A stretch of DNA of 64,000 nucleotides from an uncultured Clostridium sp. (lineage in GTDB: Bacteria > Bacillota > Clostridia > TANB77 > CAG-508): contig CAOKPI010000003.1 of assembly GCA_948470605.1 (NCBI GenBank), positions 9,983 through 73,982 on the forward strand. Direction: 5' to 3'. Numbering within the stretch: position 1 is the first letter of the stretch; each line of letters starts with the position of its first letter. The position numbers were made by a program, and so were the translations under genes. Of this stretch, positions 41,188 to 51,239 are shown piece by piece. The notes under the pieces are model-generated. The model searched no databases. It saw only the letters and a program-made list of their open reading frames with translations, and was not told where the DNA came from.

Positions 41188-41787
41188 ATGGAGACAATTG
41201 GTCAAAGAATAAGAAAAATAAGAAGAATGAATCATTTAACAATGGAACAATTTGCAGATAAAGTAATGTGTAATGCAAAAACAATTCAAAGGTACGAGAA
41301 TGAAAAATCTCTACCAGATTGTTATAATTTGAAAAGAATAGCTATGGAATTCAGGATATCCACAGATTATATATTAGGTTTATCTAATAAAATGGACGTT
41401 ACATATCAAACAGAAGACATCATGTTACTTTATCAAAAATATAAAAAGATGATATTGAATCCAATAAAAAAAGAAGATTATTATTGGATCCAAATGAAAA
41501 TGGAAGATGATAGGAATTATATAACTTCCATACAAACAGAATGTATAGGAATTATAGGTGAAAGTAATGAAAGTATGCAAGAAATACGAAAAGCTAGAAA
41601 AGTAATACCAGAAAATGTTATAAAAATATGCGAACAATTAAAAAGGACAGTTGTTATTATTAATAAAGTTTCAGAAATAGGATTATTCTATTTATTTGGT
41701 GGAGAAGCTATAATTAGAGAAGAACTATGTAAAAATCACATGAAGGAAATTTTAGAACCATTTATGGTAGACATTAAAAAATATTGA
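41188..41787 (+). CDS. XRE-family HTH protein with C-terminal extension
   Basis: The N-terminus IGQRIRKIRRMNHLTMEQFADKV...IQRYENEKSLP matches HTH_3. Confidence 0.7.
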   Translation: METIGQRIRKIRRMNHLTMEQFADKVMCNAKTIQRYENEKSLPDCYNLKRIAMEFRISTDYILGLSNKMDVTYQTEDIMLLYQKYKKMILNPIKKEDYYWIQMKMEDDRNYITSIQTECIGIIGESNESMQEIRKARKVIPENVIKICEQLKRTVVIINKVSEIGLFYLFGGEAIIREELCKNHMKEILEPFMVDIKKY

Positions 41788-41799
41788 TTGTTCAACTGT

Positions 41800-42236
41800 C
41801 TATACACAATCACAACACTATGCAGGAGTGGCTTTTGATGTAGGGCAGAAATTATCATCAAGCCAAAGAACGAGATTATGGAATTCTGCCAATAATTCTG
41901 GTGTATGGGCTTATGTGGAACCCATTTCACTAACCCCAACCTGGGTGCATTTTGACAAACGCTTCCGGAAAACCAGCTTGCTCAACAGGAGGATTTCCAA
42001 CCTTAAGGAGAGGGAGTTTAAGTAATTATGTATTAATAGCACAAGATGACTTAAACACATTAGGATTCCGAACTGGAGGATTAGATGGAATTTTTGGTTC
42101 TGCCACTTATAATGCTGTTGTTTCCTATCAACGTTCAAGAGGACTTTCAGCAGATGGAATTGTAGGATGTAATACATGGAGGTCTTTACAAGAAAATGTA
42201 GTAGGTACAGGTGCGACAAGTACTACTATAAATTAA
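41800..42236 (+). pseudogene. 5'-truncated peptidase-M15 / PG_binding_1 cell-wall hydrolase (endolysin-like) remnant; also carries a CGG frame break
   Basis: GVAFDV...WVHFD (M15 zinc-ligand region) is followed in the +1 frame by a PG_binding_1 repeat (LRRGSLSNYVLIAQDDLNTLGF...DGIFGSATYNAVVSYQRSRGLSADGIVG). The frames join at CGG 41966-41968. The N-terminus is missing, and the segment is visibly G+C-richer than its surroundings. Confidence 0.6.
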
Positions 42237-42252
42237 TGCCTAAAGTTAAACT

Positions 42253-42630
42253 CTAGGCATTTTTTTTATTTTCAGAATTTTGTTGCATTTTAATTAAATT
42301 GTTTGTAAGCATAGATATAATATTTTTATTATAATCATTTAATTTTAAATAGTTTTCTAAGAATTTATTATCTGTAATACTGTCTAAAATAGGGGAGGTA
42401 TTATTAATTAAATCATGAAATAAAAAATCTGAATTGATATTAAGCACTTTACAAACATTAATAATAGTAGTAGCACTACCAAAAGCAATACCCCTTTCTA
42501 ATTGGCTAATATATCTAGGAGATAAAGATAGTTTTTCAGCTAATTGTTCTTGTGTATATTCTGCTTTTGCTCTAGCTAATTTAATTTTCTTTCCGATATT
42601 TTTTCTTAGAACTTTTTCTTCATTGTTCAT
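42253..42630 (-). CDS. XRE-family HTH transcriptional regulator
   Basis: 125 aa with IGKKIKLARAKAEYTQEQLAEKLSLSPRYISQLERG. Confidence 0.8.
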   Translation of the reverse strand: MNNEEKVLRKNIGKKIKLARAKAEYTQEQLAEKLSLSPRYISQLERGIAFGSATTIINVCKVLNINSDFLFHDLINNTSPILDSITDNKFLENYLKLNDYNKNIISMLTNNLIKMQQNSENKKNA

Positions 42631-42750
42631 GAGGGCTTCCTCCTTATACTTTATAAAAAAAGTATAACAATTACAAGGTGAAAAAAGAACGAACTATCAA
42701 TAAGAAAAAGAAGGACAAATAACACGAATCGTTTTATAAAAATATAATAG

Positions 42751-43017
42751 ATTTATGGTTACTGTTCAGCCTTATGATTTATTTTTTATGTGAAAGTTTA
42801 ATATATTATTTTTTCATACCTTGGTGTCACAACCCTCTAATATTTAAATTATATAAAATTATTTTAGCCAATAATTTTATATAATTTAAATGATGTAGGT
42901 TGTTCCAATTCGCACTCGCTTTGCTCGTTTGATCGCTTACGCGGTATTTCAAAAATAATATATTAAACTTTCACTATAAAAAGGAATATTAATAAGACTG
43001 AACAGTAACGATTTATG
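42751..43017. repeat. Family-C composite palindrome (about 265 bp) upstream of mraZ
   Basis: Nested arms ggttactgttcag / ctgaacagtaac, gtgaaagtttaatatattatttttt / aaaaataatatattaaactttcac, and aatatttaaattatataaaattatt / aataattttatataatttaaat. One arm carries an extra GC-rich insert of about 35 nt. Confidence 0.65.
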
Positions 43018-43048
43018 ATAGAAAAAATAAAAAAATTTCAAAAAAGGC

Positions 43049-43077
43049 TTGCAAAAAAATAAAAAGTATATTAAAAT
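43049..43077 (+). promoter_or_regulatory. Candidate Pmra promoter (TTGCAA-17-TAAAAT)
   Basis: ttgcaa at 43049-43054 and taaaat at 43072-43077, directly upstream of the GTGG repeat array. Confidence 0.55.
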
Positions 43078-43086
43078 TTAGTTAAA

Positions 43087-43121
43087 GTGGAGAAAAGTGG
43101 TATAAAGTGGTTACGAAGTGG
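43087..43121 (+). promoter_or_regulatory. MraZ operator: four GTGG direct repeats with 10-11-nt periodicity
   Basis: GTGG at 43087, 43097, 43107 and 43118. This matches the known MraZ binding-site architecture (GTGG[GT] repeats about 10 bp apart, downstream of Pmra). Confidence 0.65.
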
Positions 43122-43137
43122 AGGAGGCGAAATTTAA

Positions 43138-43563
43138 TTGTTAATTGGTGAATACGAGCATTCTATTGATGCAAAAGGTAGATTAATTATGCCAGCAAAA
43201 TTAAGAGCAGACATGGGAGAAAAGTTCATTGTAACAAAAGGGTTAGATGGATGTTTATTTGCGTTTTCACAAAATGAATGGTTAAATTTTGAAACAAAAT
43301 TAAAAACATTACCACTTTCAGATAAAAATGCCAGAAATTTTGTAAGATTTTTCTTGTCAGGTGCAACAGAATGTGAAATAGATAAACAAGGAAGATTTTT
43401 AATTCCTAATAATCTAAGGTCAGCTGCTAACCTAAATAAAGAAGCTATTATTATAGGAGTAGGAACAAGACTTGAGATTTGGGATAAAGAAACATGGCAA
43501 AATTGTGATGAGGCTATTTCAGCAGATGAAATCGCTGAAAATATGACTATGTTAGGTATATAA
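43138..43563 (+). CDS. mraZ: Transcriptional regulator MraZ
   Basis: 141 aa with two SpoVT/AbrB-like repeats carrying DAKGRLIMP and DKQGRFLIP. Confidence 0.93.
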   Translation: MLIGEYEHSIDAKGRLIMPAKLRADMGEKFIVTKGLDGCLFAFSQNEWLNFETKLKTLPLSDKNARNFVRFFLSGATECEIDKQGRFLIPNNLRSAANLNKEAIIIGVGTRLEIWDKETWQNCDEAISADEIAENMTMLGI

Positions 43564-43589
43564 CTTGCAAAAGTTTATATAGATACCAA

Positions 43590-43775
43590 TGACAAAGATA
43601 CAAAAGATAAAATTTTACGTTACAAAAGATAAAAGTACAAAAGAAAATTTACCAAAGATAAAGATACAAAAGATAAAGATTTAGAGATTCAAAAGAATTT
43701 GAAGATACAATAGAAAATATTAGTACACAAAAGAAGGTTTAACTTACGAAAATTGAAAAACCAAAAGATAAAAAC
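43590..43775. repeat. Degenerate A-rich repeats (YACAAAAGAWAA, at least 7 copies) in the mraZ-rsmH spacer
   Basis: Copies begin near 43598, 43621, 43635, 43665, 43688, 43726 and 43760. No ORF spans them. Confidence 0.5.
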
Positions 43776-43787
43776 ATAAGAAAAGTC

Positions 43788-43821
43788 AGCTGGTAGTTTC
43801 TTGAAATTACCAGCTATTTTA
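43788..43821 (+). terminator. Terminator-like hairpin between mraZ and rsmH
   Basis: agctggta-N12-taccagct followed by ATTTT. Confidence 0.5.
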
Positions 43822-43866
43822 ATAAATAGCAGTATTTGTTAGGAAGGAATGTTAGAGAGGTGCTAA

Positions 43867-44811
43867 ATGGAATTTAAACATAAGCCAGTTATGCTAACAG
43901 AATGTATCGAAGGTTTAAGAATCAAACCAGAGGGAATTTATATAGATGGAACATTAGGAGGGGCAGGACATAGTAAAAAAATATTACAAAAGCTGTCAAG
44001 TCAAGGTGTTCTAATAGGAATTGACCGAGATGAAGAAGCGTTAGAAGCAGCAAAAACTAATTTAAAGGCATTTTCTAATATCCAATACGTTCACGATAAC
44101 CATGATAATATAAAAAATATACTAAAACAATTAAAGATTGAAAAAGTAGATGGAATTTTGTTAGATTTAGGAGTTTCTTCTTACCAATTAGATGAAAGAA
44201 ATAGAGGATTTAGTTACTTAGGGGAAAATGTTTTAGACATGAGAATGGACCAAACACAAGAATTAACAGCTAAAAAAGTAATTAATCATTATTCGGAAGA
44301 AGAATTAGCTAATATCATTTATGAGTATGGAGAAGAAAGATTTTCGAGACAAATTGCCAAGAATATTTGTCTAAGAAGACAAGAAAATCCGATTCAAACA
44401 ACAAAAGAATTAACACAGATTATTGAAAGTTCGATACCAAAGTCAAAACAAAAAGATGGACATCCAGCCAAAAGGACTTTTCAAGCAATTAGAATCGAAG
44501 TAAATAACGAAATAAAACCATTATATGGTACCATAAAGAATTGCATAGAATGTTTAAAGGAAGAGGGAAGATTATGTGTTATAACTTTCCATTCCTTGGA
44601 AGATAGGGCAGTAAAAAAAGCTTTTATAGAAGCAAAAGGAAAATGTACCTGTCCAAGTGATTTGCCATATTGTGTATGTGGTGCGAAATCTCTCGGAAAA
44701 ATCATAACCAAAAAACCAATCATAGCTACAAAGGAGGAACTAGAAGATAATACAAGAAGCAAAAGTGCAAAACTAAGAATCTTCCAAAAATGTGAAAATA
44801 TAAAATGTTAA
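43867..44811 (+). CDS. rsmH: 16S rRNA (cytosine1402-N4)-methyltransferase
   Basis: 314 aa with HKPVML, DGTLGGAGHS, LLDLGVSSYQLD and FHSLEDR. Confidence 0.95.
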   Translation: MEFKHKPVMLTECIEGLRIKPEGIYIDGTLGGAGHSKKILQKLSSQGVLIGIDRDEEALEAAKTNLKAFSNIQYVHDNHDNIKNILKQLKIEKVDGILLDLGVSSYQLDERNRGFSYLGENVLDMRMDQTQELTAKKVINHYSEEELANIIYEYGEERFSRQIAKNICLRRQENPIQTTKELTQIIESSIPKSKQKDGHPAKRTFQAIRIEVNNEIKPLYGTIKNCIECLKEEGRLCVITFHSLEDRAVKKAFIEAKGKCTCPSDLPYCVCGAKSLGKIITKKPIIATKEELEDNTRSKSAKLRIFQKCENIKC

Positions 44812-44826
44812 GGAGGTGAGTAACTT

Positions 44827-45330
44827 ATGGCAAGGAATAGATATGAATATGAAACAAGTCCACGAAAATTAGAACCAGATGTGAAGAAAAGAAGACAAAT
44901 ACAGAAAAAAAAGTTAAAAGTAGTAGAAGATTTGCCAAGACAAGATGTAAAAATATCAAAAGAACAACAAAAAAGACAAACGCAATTAACTTTAATTGTA
45001 ATTGGTATATTTATACTATTATTAACCATAAGTTATAGAAACTCACAAATTAATGAAAAATTTAATCAAATGCAAACCTTAAAAAGAGAATTATCTTCTC
45101 TTCAAAAAGAAAATCAACAATTAAAAGTTAGCATAGAGAATAGCTTAAATTTGAATACCATAGAGAAATTAGCCAAAGAAAAATTAGGGATGCAAAAATT
45201 AACCAATAAACAAACTGTGTATATAAGCCTACCTAAAAGAGATTATGTGGAATCTGCTTCTGAAGAGATAATTGTGAAAAAGGAGAAAAATTGGTTTGAA
45301 CAAGTTGTAGATAAAATATTTAATCGATAA
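44827..45330 (+). CDS. ftsL: Cell division protein FtsL (septum formation initiator-like)
   Basis: 167 aa. Basic N-terminus, a single TM segment and a leucine-zipper-like coiled coil. Position between rsmH and the PBP fits. Confidence 0.7.
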   Translation: MARNRYEYETSPRKLEPDVKKRRQIQKKKLKVVEDLPRQDVKISKEQQKRQTQLTLIVIGIFILLLTISYRNSQINEKFNQMQTLKRELSSLQKENQQLKVSIENSLNLNTIEKLAKEKLGMQKLTNKQTVYISLPKRDYVESASEEIIVKKEKNWFEQVVDKIFNR

Positions 45331-45399
45331 ATTGTTGTTAAAATAGAATAGTAATAAAGAGAAATCTTCCTAATAGAATGAATTAGGAGGATTTTTTAT

Positions 45400-47108
45400 A
45401 TGAGAACAATTAAGCTTTCAAGTAAGAAGAAAATGAGAAATACACTATTCATTACTTTTTTAATTATAGTTTGTTTAATAGGAAGAATCGGATATATACA
45501 ATTGATACAAGGGGGAGAACTTTCTAGTATGGCGTATCAGCAACAAACCTTAGATAGAAATATTAACCCCAAAAGAGGTGCTATTTATGATGCAACAAGA
45601 AAAAATGTGTTAGCAGTTAGTAGTACCGTAGAAACGGTAACCGTAAATCCAGGAAATATAGCAAAAGAAAATAAGGAAAAAGTGGCCGAAGTTTTATCTG
45701 ATATATTTGAGTTAGATTATGAAAAAACTCTAAAGAAGGTAACCAAAAGAAGCTCTATTGAAACTATAGCTAAAAAAGTAGAAAAGGAAAAGACCGATAA
45801 GCTAAGGATTTGGATGAAGCAAAATAATATCACGACAGGAATTAATATGGATGAGGATACCAAAAGATATTATCCTTATAGTACCATTGCATCTCAAATT
45901 ATAGGATTTTGTGGAAGCGACAATCAAGGATTAGATGGCATTGAGGCAAAATATGATACAGAATTAAAAGGAACACAAGGCGCAATACAACGTCATACAG
46001 ATGCTAAGGGTAGAGAAATAGGAGAAGAAGGCGAAAAATATGTGTCAGCCATAGATGGTAATGATTTGGTTCTTACGATTGATTTAAGTATACAATCTAT
46101 TGTTGAGAAATATTTGGAAGAGGCTTGTATTGATAATATTTGTACTGATGGTGGAAATGTTGTTGTAATGAATCCTCAAAATGGCGATATTCTGGCTATG
46201 GCAACGTATCCAAATTATAATTTAAACCAACCGTATGAAGCCTATACAGACGAATTAAAACAAGATTGGGAAAACATGGAACAAGCAGAAAAAACAAAAA
46301 ATCTACAAGCAGTATGGAGAAATAAAGCAATTGCAGATACCTATGAGCCAGGTTCTGTTTTTAAGGTAATAACAGCTTCAGCCTCTATTGAAGAAGGCTT
46401 AGTAACTGATATTGACCAACAAGGACAGTTTTGTTGTACAGGAGGAATTGAAGTTGCAGGTGTTCGAATTAAATGTTGGAGACATTATAGACCACATGGT
46501 TCGGAAAGTCTACGATTGGGTTTGATGAATTCTTGTAATCCTGTTTTTATAGGATTGGGACAAAAATTAGGTGTTAAAACTTATTATAGTTATCTCAATA
46601 AATTTAGATTGTTGGAGAGAACAGGAATTGATATACCAGGTGAAGCAAATAGTATCTTTTTAGCAGAAGAAAAAGCTGGTCCAGTCGAGTTAGCAACCAT
46701 TAGCTTTGGGCAAAGATTTGAGATTACTCCGATTCAATTGGTGACAGCTGTATCTGCTATTGCTAATGGGGGAAATAGTATTCAGCCTAGAGTGGTAAAA
46801 CAAGTAATTGATAGCCAAACAGGAGAAATTCAAGATGTACCAGTAAAGACAAATGGAGTGGTTATTTCTAAAGAGACTTCAGAAAAAGTTTTAAGTATGA
46901 TGGAATCGGTTGTGGCAGAGGGTACACGGAAAAAACGCAAAAGTAGCAGGCTATCGAATTGGAGGAAAGACAGGAACATCAGAGGATGGTGTTAATACGA
47001 ATAAATATGTTACTTCTTTTTGTGGAGTGGCACCAATCGATAATCCACAAGTGGTGGTGTTGGTTACTTTATATAATCCAACTGGTGAGGGGGGACACCA
47101 AGGAGGTG
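45400..47108 (+). CDS. spoVD: Class B penicillin-binding protein (SpoVD/FtsI family), 5' segment; contains one CGG frame break and is cut by a mobile element
   Basis: PBP dimer and transpeptidase motifs (SVFK, SxN in MNSCNP). After CGG 46927-46929 the +1 frame reads GKNAKVAGYRIGGKTGTSED (KTG motif). The gene-like reading stops at the 14-bp core at 47095-47108. Confidence 0.85.
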
Positions 47109-47311
47109 AGTGGTTCATTTTGTCGCTACATGAGATAGCCGTTTGAACGAATGTAAATTACGGATATCTTATGCAACTGAATGAAATGAAGTTGTATACC
47201 TTAAATACCATTCAAAAGACTTTACAATTTAGGAATAAATAAACAATCAAATCAAAGAGAAAGTGATTTTAAAATTACTTTCTCTTTAAAAATATACAAG
47301 GAGGACAAGAT

Positions 47312-47677
47312 ATGTCAAAAGAAAATATTATTGGTACAAATTTTATAATGACTAACAGAGATTTGATAACTAAATTTGGAGTAAATTCAGCTGTAATGCT
47401 AGGCGAATTATATGGGAGAATGAATTATTTTAGAAAAATAAATGAATTAAAATTTGGTTACTTTTTTGCGACAAAAGAGAGCATAGAAAAGAGTACAAAA
47501 TTAAGTCCATATAAACAAAGAAAAGCAACATCAATTTTACAAACGGAAGGAATTTTAAATATAAAACATATAGACATTCCACCAAAGACTTATTATAAAA
47601 TTAATGAAGAAAAACTTATGAAAGTACTGAAAAATTCAGTAGTCGAAAATATCGACAACAAGAGATTGAAAATTTGA
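47312..47677 (+). CDS. Putative winged-helix DNA-binding protein (replisome-organizer/DnaD N-terminal-like)
   Basis: 121 aa. Assigned weakly from the pattern FATKESIEKSTKLSPYKQRKATSILQTEGIL. Two copies of the palindrome gtcgaaaatatcgac lie at its 3' end. Confidence 0.35.
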   Translation: MSKENIIGTNFIMTNRDLITKFGVNSAVMLGELYGRMNYFRKINELKFGYFFATKESIEKSTKLSPYKQRKATSILQTEGILNIKHIDIPPKTYYKINEEKLMKVLKNSVVENIDNKRLKI

Positions 47678-48204
47678 ACAACTAGGTGTCGAAAATATCG
47701 ACTACAGTATGTTAAAAAATTTAACACAAATAATAATAAGTAATAATAATAAAAAAATAATAAGTAATATCACACACTAAAAACTTAAATTGAAGAGAAT
47801 CATTAAAAATCCAAGTGGGACATAATGTCCTAAATGAATATATCTTTACAGAGAGTGAAGGTATATGGAAAAAAATTGTTTTTTATAAGTAAATAGTTAA
47901 TTATAAAAGAAAAAAGTGGACAGGTTGTCCACAATTGATATAATTTTACAAAGAGTAAGGCTATAGCAATAAAAATATATTATAAAAATGTATGCCTTTT
48001 TGTAATACATTTTTGTAAAAGTAATACTATTAGAAAGCTTTGCTTTCAAAGGTTGTAAGGGGAGATGTAATACATCTATTCTTGCACTACGCAAAAAAAG
48101 TAAAAGAATTCTGAAAATGGGCTGATTTTATAAAATGAGCACGTTAGAATAAATATAGTTATTAGATATAACAATTTAAAACAAAGTGTAAGGAGAGATG
48201 AAAA

Positions 48205-48543
48205 ATGTTAAATAAGGAAGAATTAAAATCATTCCAAGAAGAATCTATTATTGATTCTTGGTATAATACTAGGTCAGAAGATTTATATATACTAAATAAT
48301 GTTGATAAAAAGAAGATGATAGAAATAACAAAGGGAGAAGATACCTATCAAAAAATAACAGAAGAGATATCTAAAATAGCTAGAGAAGATGATAAGGAAA
48401 AAATATTAGAAAAAATAGATAAGCATTGTAATAAATTAGTTAATATTGGTGGCTATGAAAACGAAAAATTTTATAAAGTTGGATTTATGGATGGAATTAA
48501 TTTGATTATTGAATGTATAGGAGGAAAACCAAATGTTAAGTAA
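48205..48543 (+). CDS. Hypothetical protein (element cargo)
   Basis: 112-aa ORF with an RBS, overlapping the next ORF by 11 nt. Confidence 0.4.
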   Translation: MLNKEELKSFQEESIIDSWYNTRSEDLYILNNVDKKKMIEITKGEDTYQKITEEISKIAREDDKEKILEKIDKHCNKLVNIGGYENEKFYKVGFMDGINLIIECIGGKPNVK

Positions 48544-48808
48544 ATATGGAATTTTATATAGCAAATATTTAGAAGAATATAAGCCAATAACATATCAAGA
48601 ATTGATAATGAATGGAACAATAAATAATTTTTTAGAATTAAAAGATGAAGAACTTAATAACTTAAGAAATTCTATTATAATTGAATTAAGAAATAAATAT
48701 AAGAAACCTAATACAGATAGTTTTATAGAACTAGTAAAATATAATAATTTTATTTATAACAAAGCAGATGAATTAGTAATTTGGACATCATGTCCAAAAT
48801 CAATATAA
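48533..48808 (+). CDS. TnpV-like small protein
   Basis: YSKYLEEYKPITYQELIMNGTINNFLELKDEELNNL resembles the TnpV pattern of Tn4451-type elements (YLREYRRITYINLLTSGRLNAYLADID). Assigned from memory. Confidence 0.45.
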   Translation: MLSKYGILYSKYLEEYKPITYQELIMNGTINNFLELKDEELNNLRNSIIIELRNKYKKPNTDSFIELVKYNNFIYNKADELVIWTSCPKSI

Positions 48809-49036
48809 AGCTACATAGAGTAAGGAAATGCTTGAAAAAATACTTATATAAAATGGTGAACAAAAATCTAACATTTTTTTGAAAATCTGACAAGTTAAAG
48901 GCTTTGTCTTTAAGAGGTTTTTGTGTGTATGTCAGACACCTATTCTTGCACTACATAGCCAAAAACTTTATATAAGGGAAAGAGCTGAATCTATAATAGA
49001 AACAGCTCTCCTTTTTCATTTAGAATAGAACTTAGG

Positions 49037-50512
49037 TTACAGTTCATCTTCCACAATCTTGCTGGCAAGACCTATATAACTCGAAGGAGTAAGTTCAAGA
49101 AGTGTAGCTTTATCTTCATTAGAAAGCACGTCAAGGGATTTGATAAATGCCTGAATAGCTTCTTTTGAGATGCTTTTTCCTCTTGTCAATTCCTTCAGCT
49201 GATTATAAGCGTCTGGAATACCATACTTACGCAGTATGGTCTGGATAGGTTCTGCCAAAACTTCCCACTTGCTGTCGAGATCAGCAGAAATCTTTACATC
49301 GTTTACTGCTACTTTCTTCAAACCACCAATAGTCTGTTCAATAGCTTGAAGTGAATAGCCGAATGCAAGTCCGATATTCCTCTGGGAAGAAGAATCAGAC
49401 AAATCTCTTTGCATACGAGAGCGAGGCAACTTGTTAGACAATGCCATAAATATTGCATTAGACATATCAATGTTTGCTTCGCTATTCTCAAAGCGAATAG
49501 GATTGACTTTGTGTGGCATAGTGCTACTACCGACTTCTGTTTTTACAGCAATCTGTTTAAAGTATTCCATACTGATATATAGCCACATATCCAAGTCAAA
49601 GTCCAAAAGAACATTGTTGAAATGGCGAATACCATCAGCAATATGACAGATATAATCGTGGCTCTCAATTTGAGTTGTTACAGGGTTAAAATTCAAACCC
49701 AAATAGTCCTCAATGAAAACCTTTGAAAGTACTGGCCAATTTTCGTTAGGAAATGCCACAGAAATTGCTGCATAGTTACCAGTTGCACCGTTGAACTTAG
49801 CACGAGTTTTAATAGACTTGATATTCTCCAAAGACTGACGCAAACGGTATACATATACTGTAAGTTCTTTTCCAACCGTAGTTGGTGTTGCTGGCTGTCC
49901 GTGAGTGTGTGCAAGCATTGCTGTATCAGCATGCTCTATAGCAATCTCGGAAATTGATTCAATCAATTTTTCAGCCACTGGAATCCAGACTTCCTTTAAC
50001 GCTGTTGCAATCATATTGGAATAGGATGGATTAGTGATGTCTTCAGATGTGCAACCAATATGCACAAAGCTGACAAGACTTTCAAGTCCCATTTCTTTGA
50101 GCTTCTCAGCAACAAAGAGTTCAACAGATTTTACATCGTGATTAGTAACTGCCTCAATTTCCTTAACTCTCACATAGGATGTGTCAGAAAATTCGTTATA
50201 GATAGCCATAATCTCTGGAAGTCTCTTCATGTTAAAGGCATCCAAAATGTCAGAGCCTTCAACATTTTCCAACAAGAATTTCAGCCAATGTACTTCAACC
50301 TTCACTCTGTTTTTTACCAAAGCATACTCGGAGAAGTAAGTGGCAAGTTTCTTGCCGATTTGTGAATAGCGTCCATCTAATGGACCAAGTGCCAGGTGCT
50401 CAGCAGAAACCGTTTCTGCTGTACTTTTAGGAGGCTCAGGTAATCTCATATTGCCTGTTGCATCCTTCCGTAACATAGTCGTGTCGACCAAAGTTTGATT
50501 GTCTCTTGTCAT
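49037..50512 (-). CDS. purB: Adenylosuccinate lyase, E. coli-type PurB (foreign cargo gene)
   Basis: Collinear with E. coli PurB along its whole length (SPxDGRY, TSEDINN-like CTSEDITN, HGQPATPTT, GSSTMPHKVNP, WEVLAEPIQT). Visibly higher G+C than its flanks. An alternative start is the ATG at 50449. Confidence 0.9.
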   Translation of the reverse strand: MTRDNQTLVDTTMLRKDATGNMRLPEPPKSTAETVSAEHLALGPLDGRYSQIGKKLATYFSEYALVKNRVKVEVHWLKFLLENVEGSDILDAFNMKRLPEIMAIYNEFSDTSYVRVKEIEAVTNHDVKSVELFVAEKLKEMGLESLVSFVHIGCTSEDITNPSYSNMIATALKEVWIPVAEKLIESISEIAIEHADTAMLAHTHGQPATPTTVGKELTVYVYRLRQSLENIKSIKTRAKFNGATGNYAAISVAFPNENWPVLSKVFIEDYLGLNFNPVTTQIESHDYICHIADGIRHFNNVLLDFDLDMWLYISMEYFKQIAVKTEVGSSTMPHKVNPIRFENSEANIDMSNAIFMALSNKLPRSRMQRDLSDSSSQRNIGLAFGYSLQAIEQTIGGLKKVAVNDVKISADLDSKWEVLAEPIQTILRKYGIPDAYNQLKELTRGKSISKEAIQAFIKSLDVLSNEDKATLLELTPSSYIGLASKIVEDEL

Positions 50513-50723
50513 AAAGAAAATCCCCTTTCTAAAAGTTATTTAACTATTGCCTTTCCATGTTGATAAATTTTTAGAAATTTAATAGTTATGAGACATAGAT
50601 ATTGTAACAAATTGTTAACAAAAAGTCAAATTTATGTAAAACATTTTTAATATTTAAAATAAGAGTATTTAAAAATTATTGATAATTTAGGAGACTTATG
50701 ATAATATATAAAAAGAAAGTGAG

Positions 50724-51239
50724 ATGATAAATTTGAAAGTATATCATGGTAGCACATTTATTGTAGAAAAACCAAGTTTAGAAATATTAAATTATAGAAC
50801 AGATTTTGGAAAAGGTTTTTATACAACAACAGATATTAATCAAGCAAGAAGATGGACAAAAATAAAAAAAGGAAGAATACAAGAAGAAAAAAGAGATGAA
50901 AATCTAAAAAGATATGTTAATATTTATGAATATACAGAAAATAAAGACCTTAATATATTAAACTTTAAATCAGCAACAGAAGAATGGCTAAAATTTGTAT
51001 TTAAGAATAGACAAAGTAATGAACTTGTACATCAATATGATATTGTAATAGGACCAGTAGCGGATGATAATTTATATCAAGTCTTAGTAAGTTATGAAAA
51101 TGGAGTTTATGATATGGGGGAAACAATAAAAAGGCTTAAGACATATTTATTATCAAATCAAATTTCATTTCATACATTAAAATCTTTAGAATGTATAAAA
51201 TATATAGAAACGATTGAAGTAGGTGAAGAAGATGAGTGA
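50724..51239 (+). CDS. DUF3990-family protein
   Basis: 171 aa with VYHGS...DFGKGFYTT...YDIVIGPVADDNLY, as in DUF3990 proteins. Its stop overlaps the next start (ATGAGTGA). Confidence 0.65.
   Translation: MINLKVYHGSTFIVEKPSLEILNYRTDFGKGFYTTTDINQARRWTKIKKGRIQEEKRDENLKRYVNIYEYTENKDLNILNFKSATEEWLKFVFKNRQSNELVHQYDIVIGPVADDNLYQVLVSYENGVYDMGETIKRLKTYLLSNQISFHTLKSLECIKYIETIEVGEEDE

Noticed and set aside
43590-43775. The A-rich repeat region between mraZ and rsmH might encode a Lys/Asp-rich repeat peptide.
   Set aside because: All three forward frames are interrupted by stop codons within a few repeats, and no start codon with an RBS is present.
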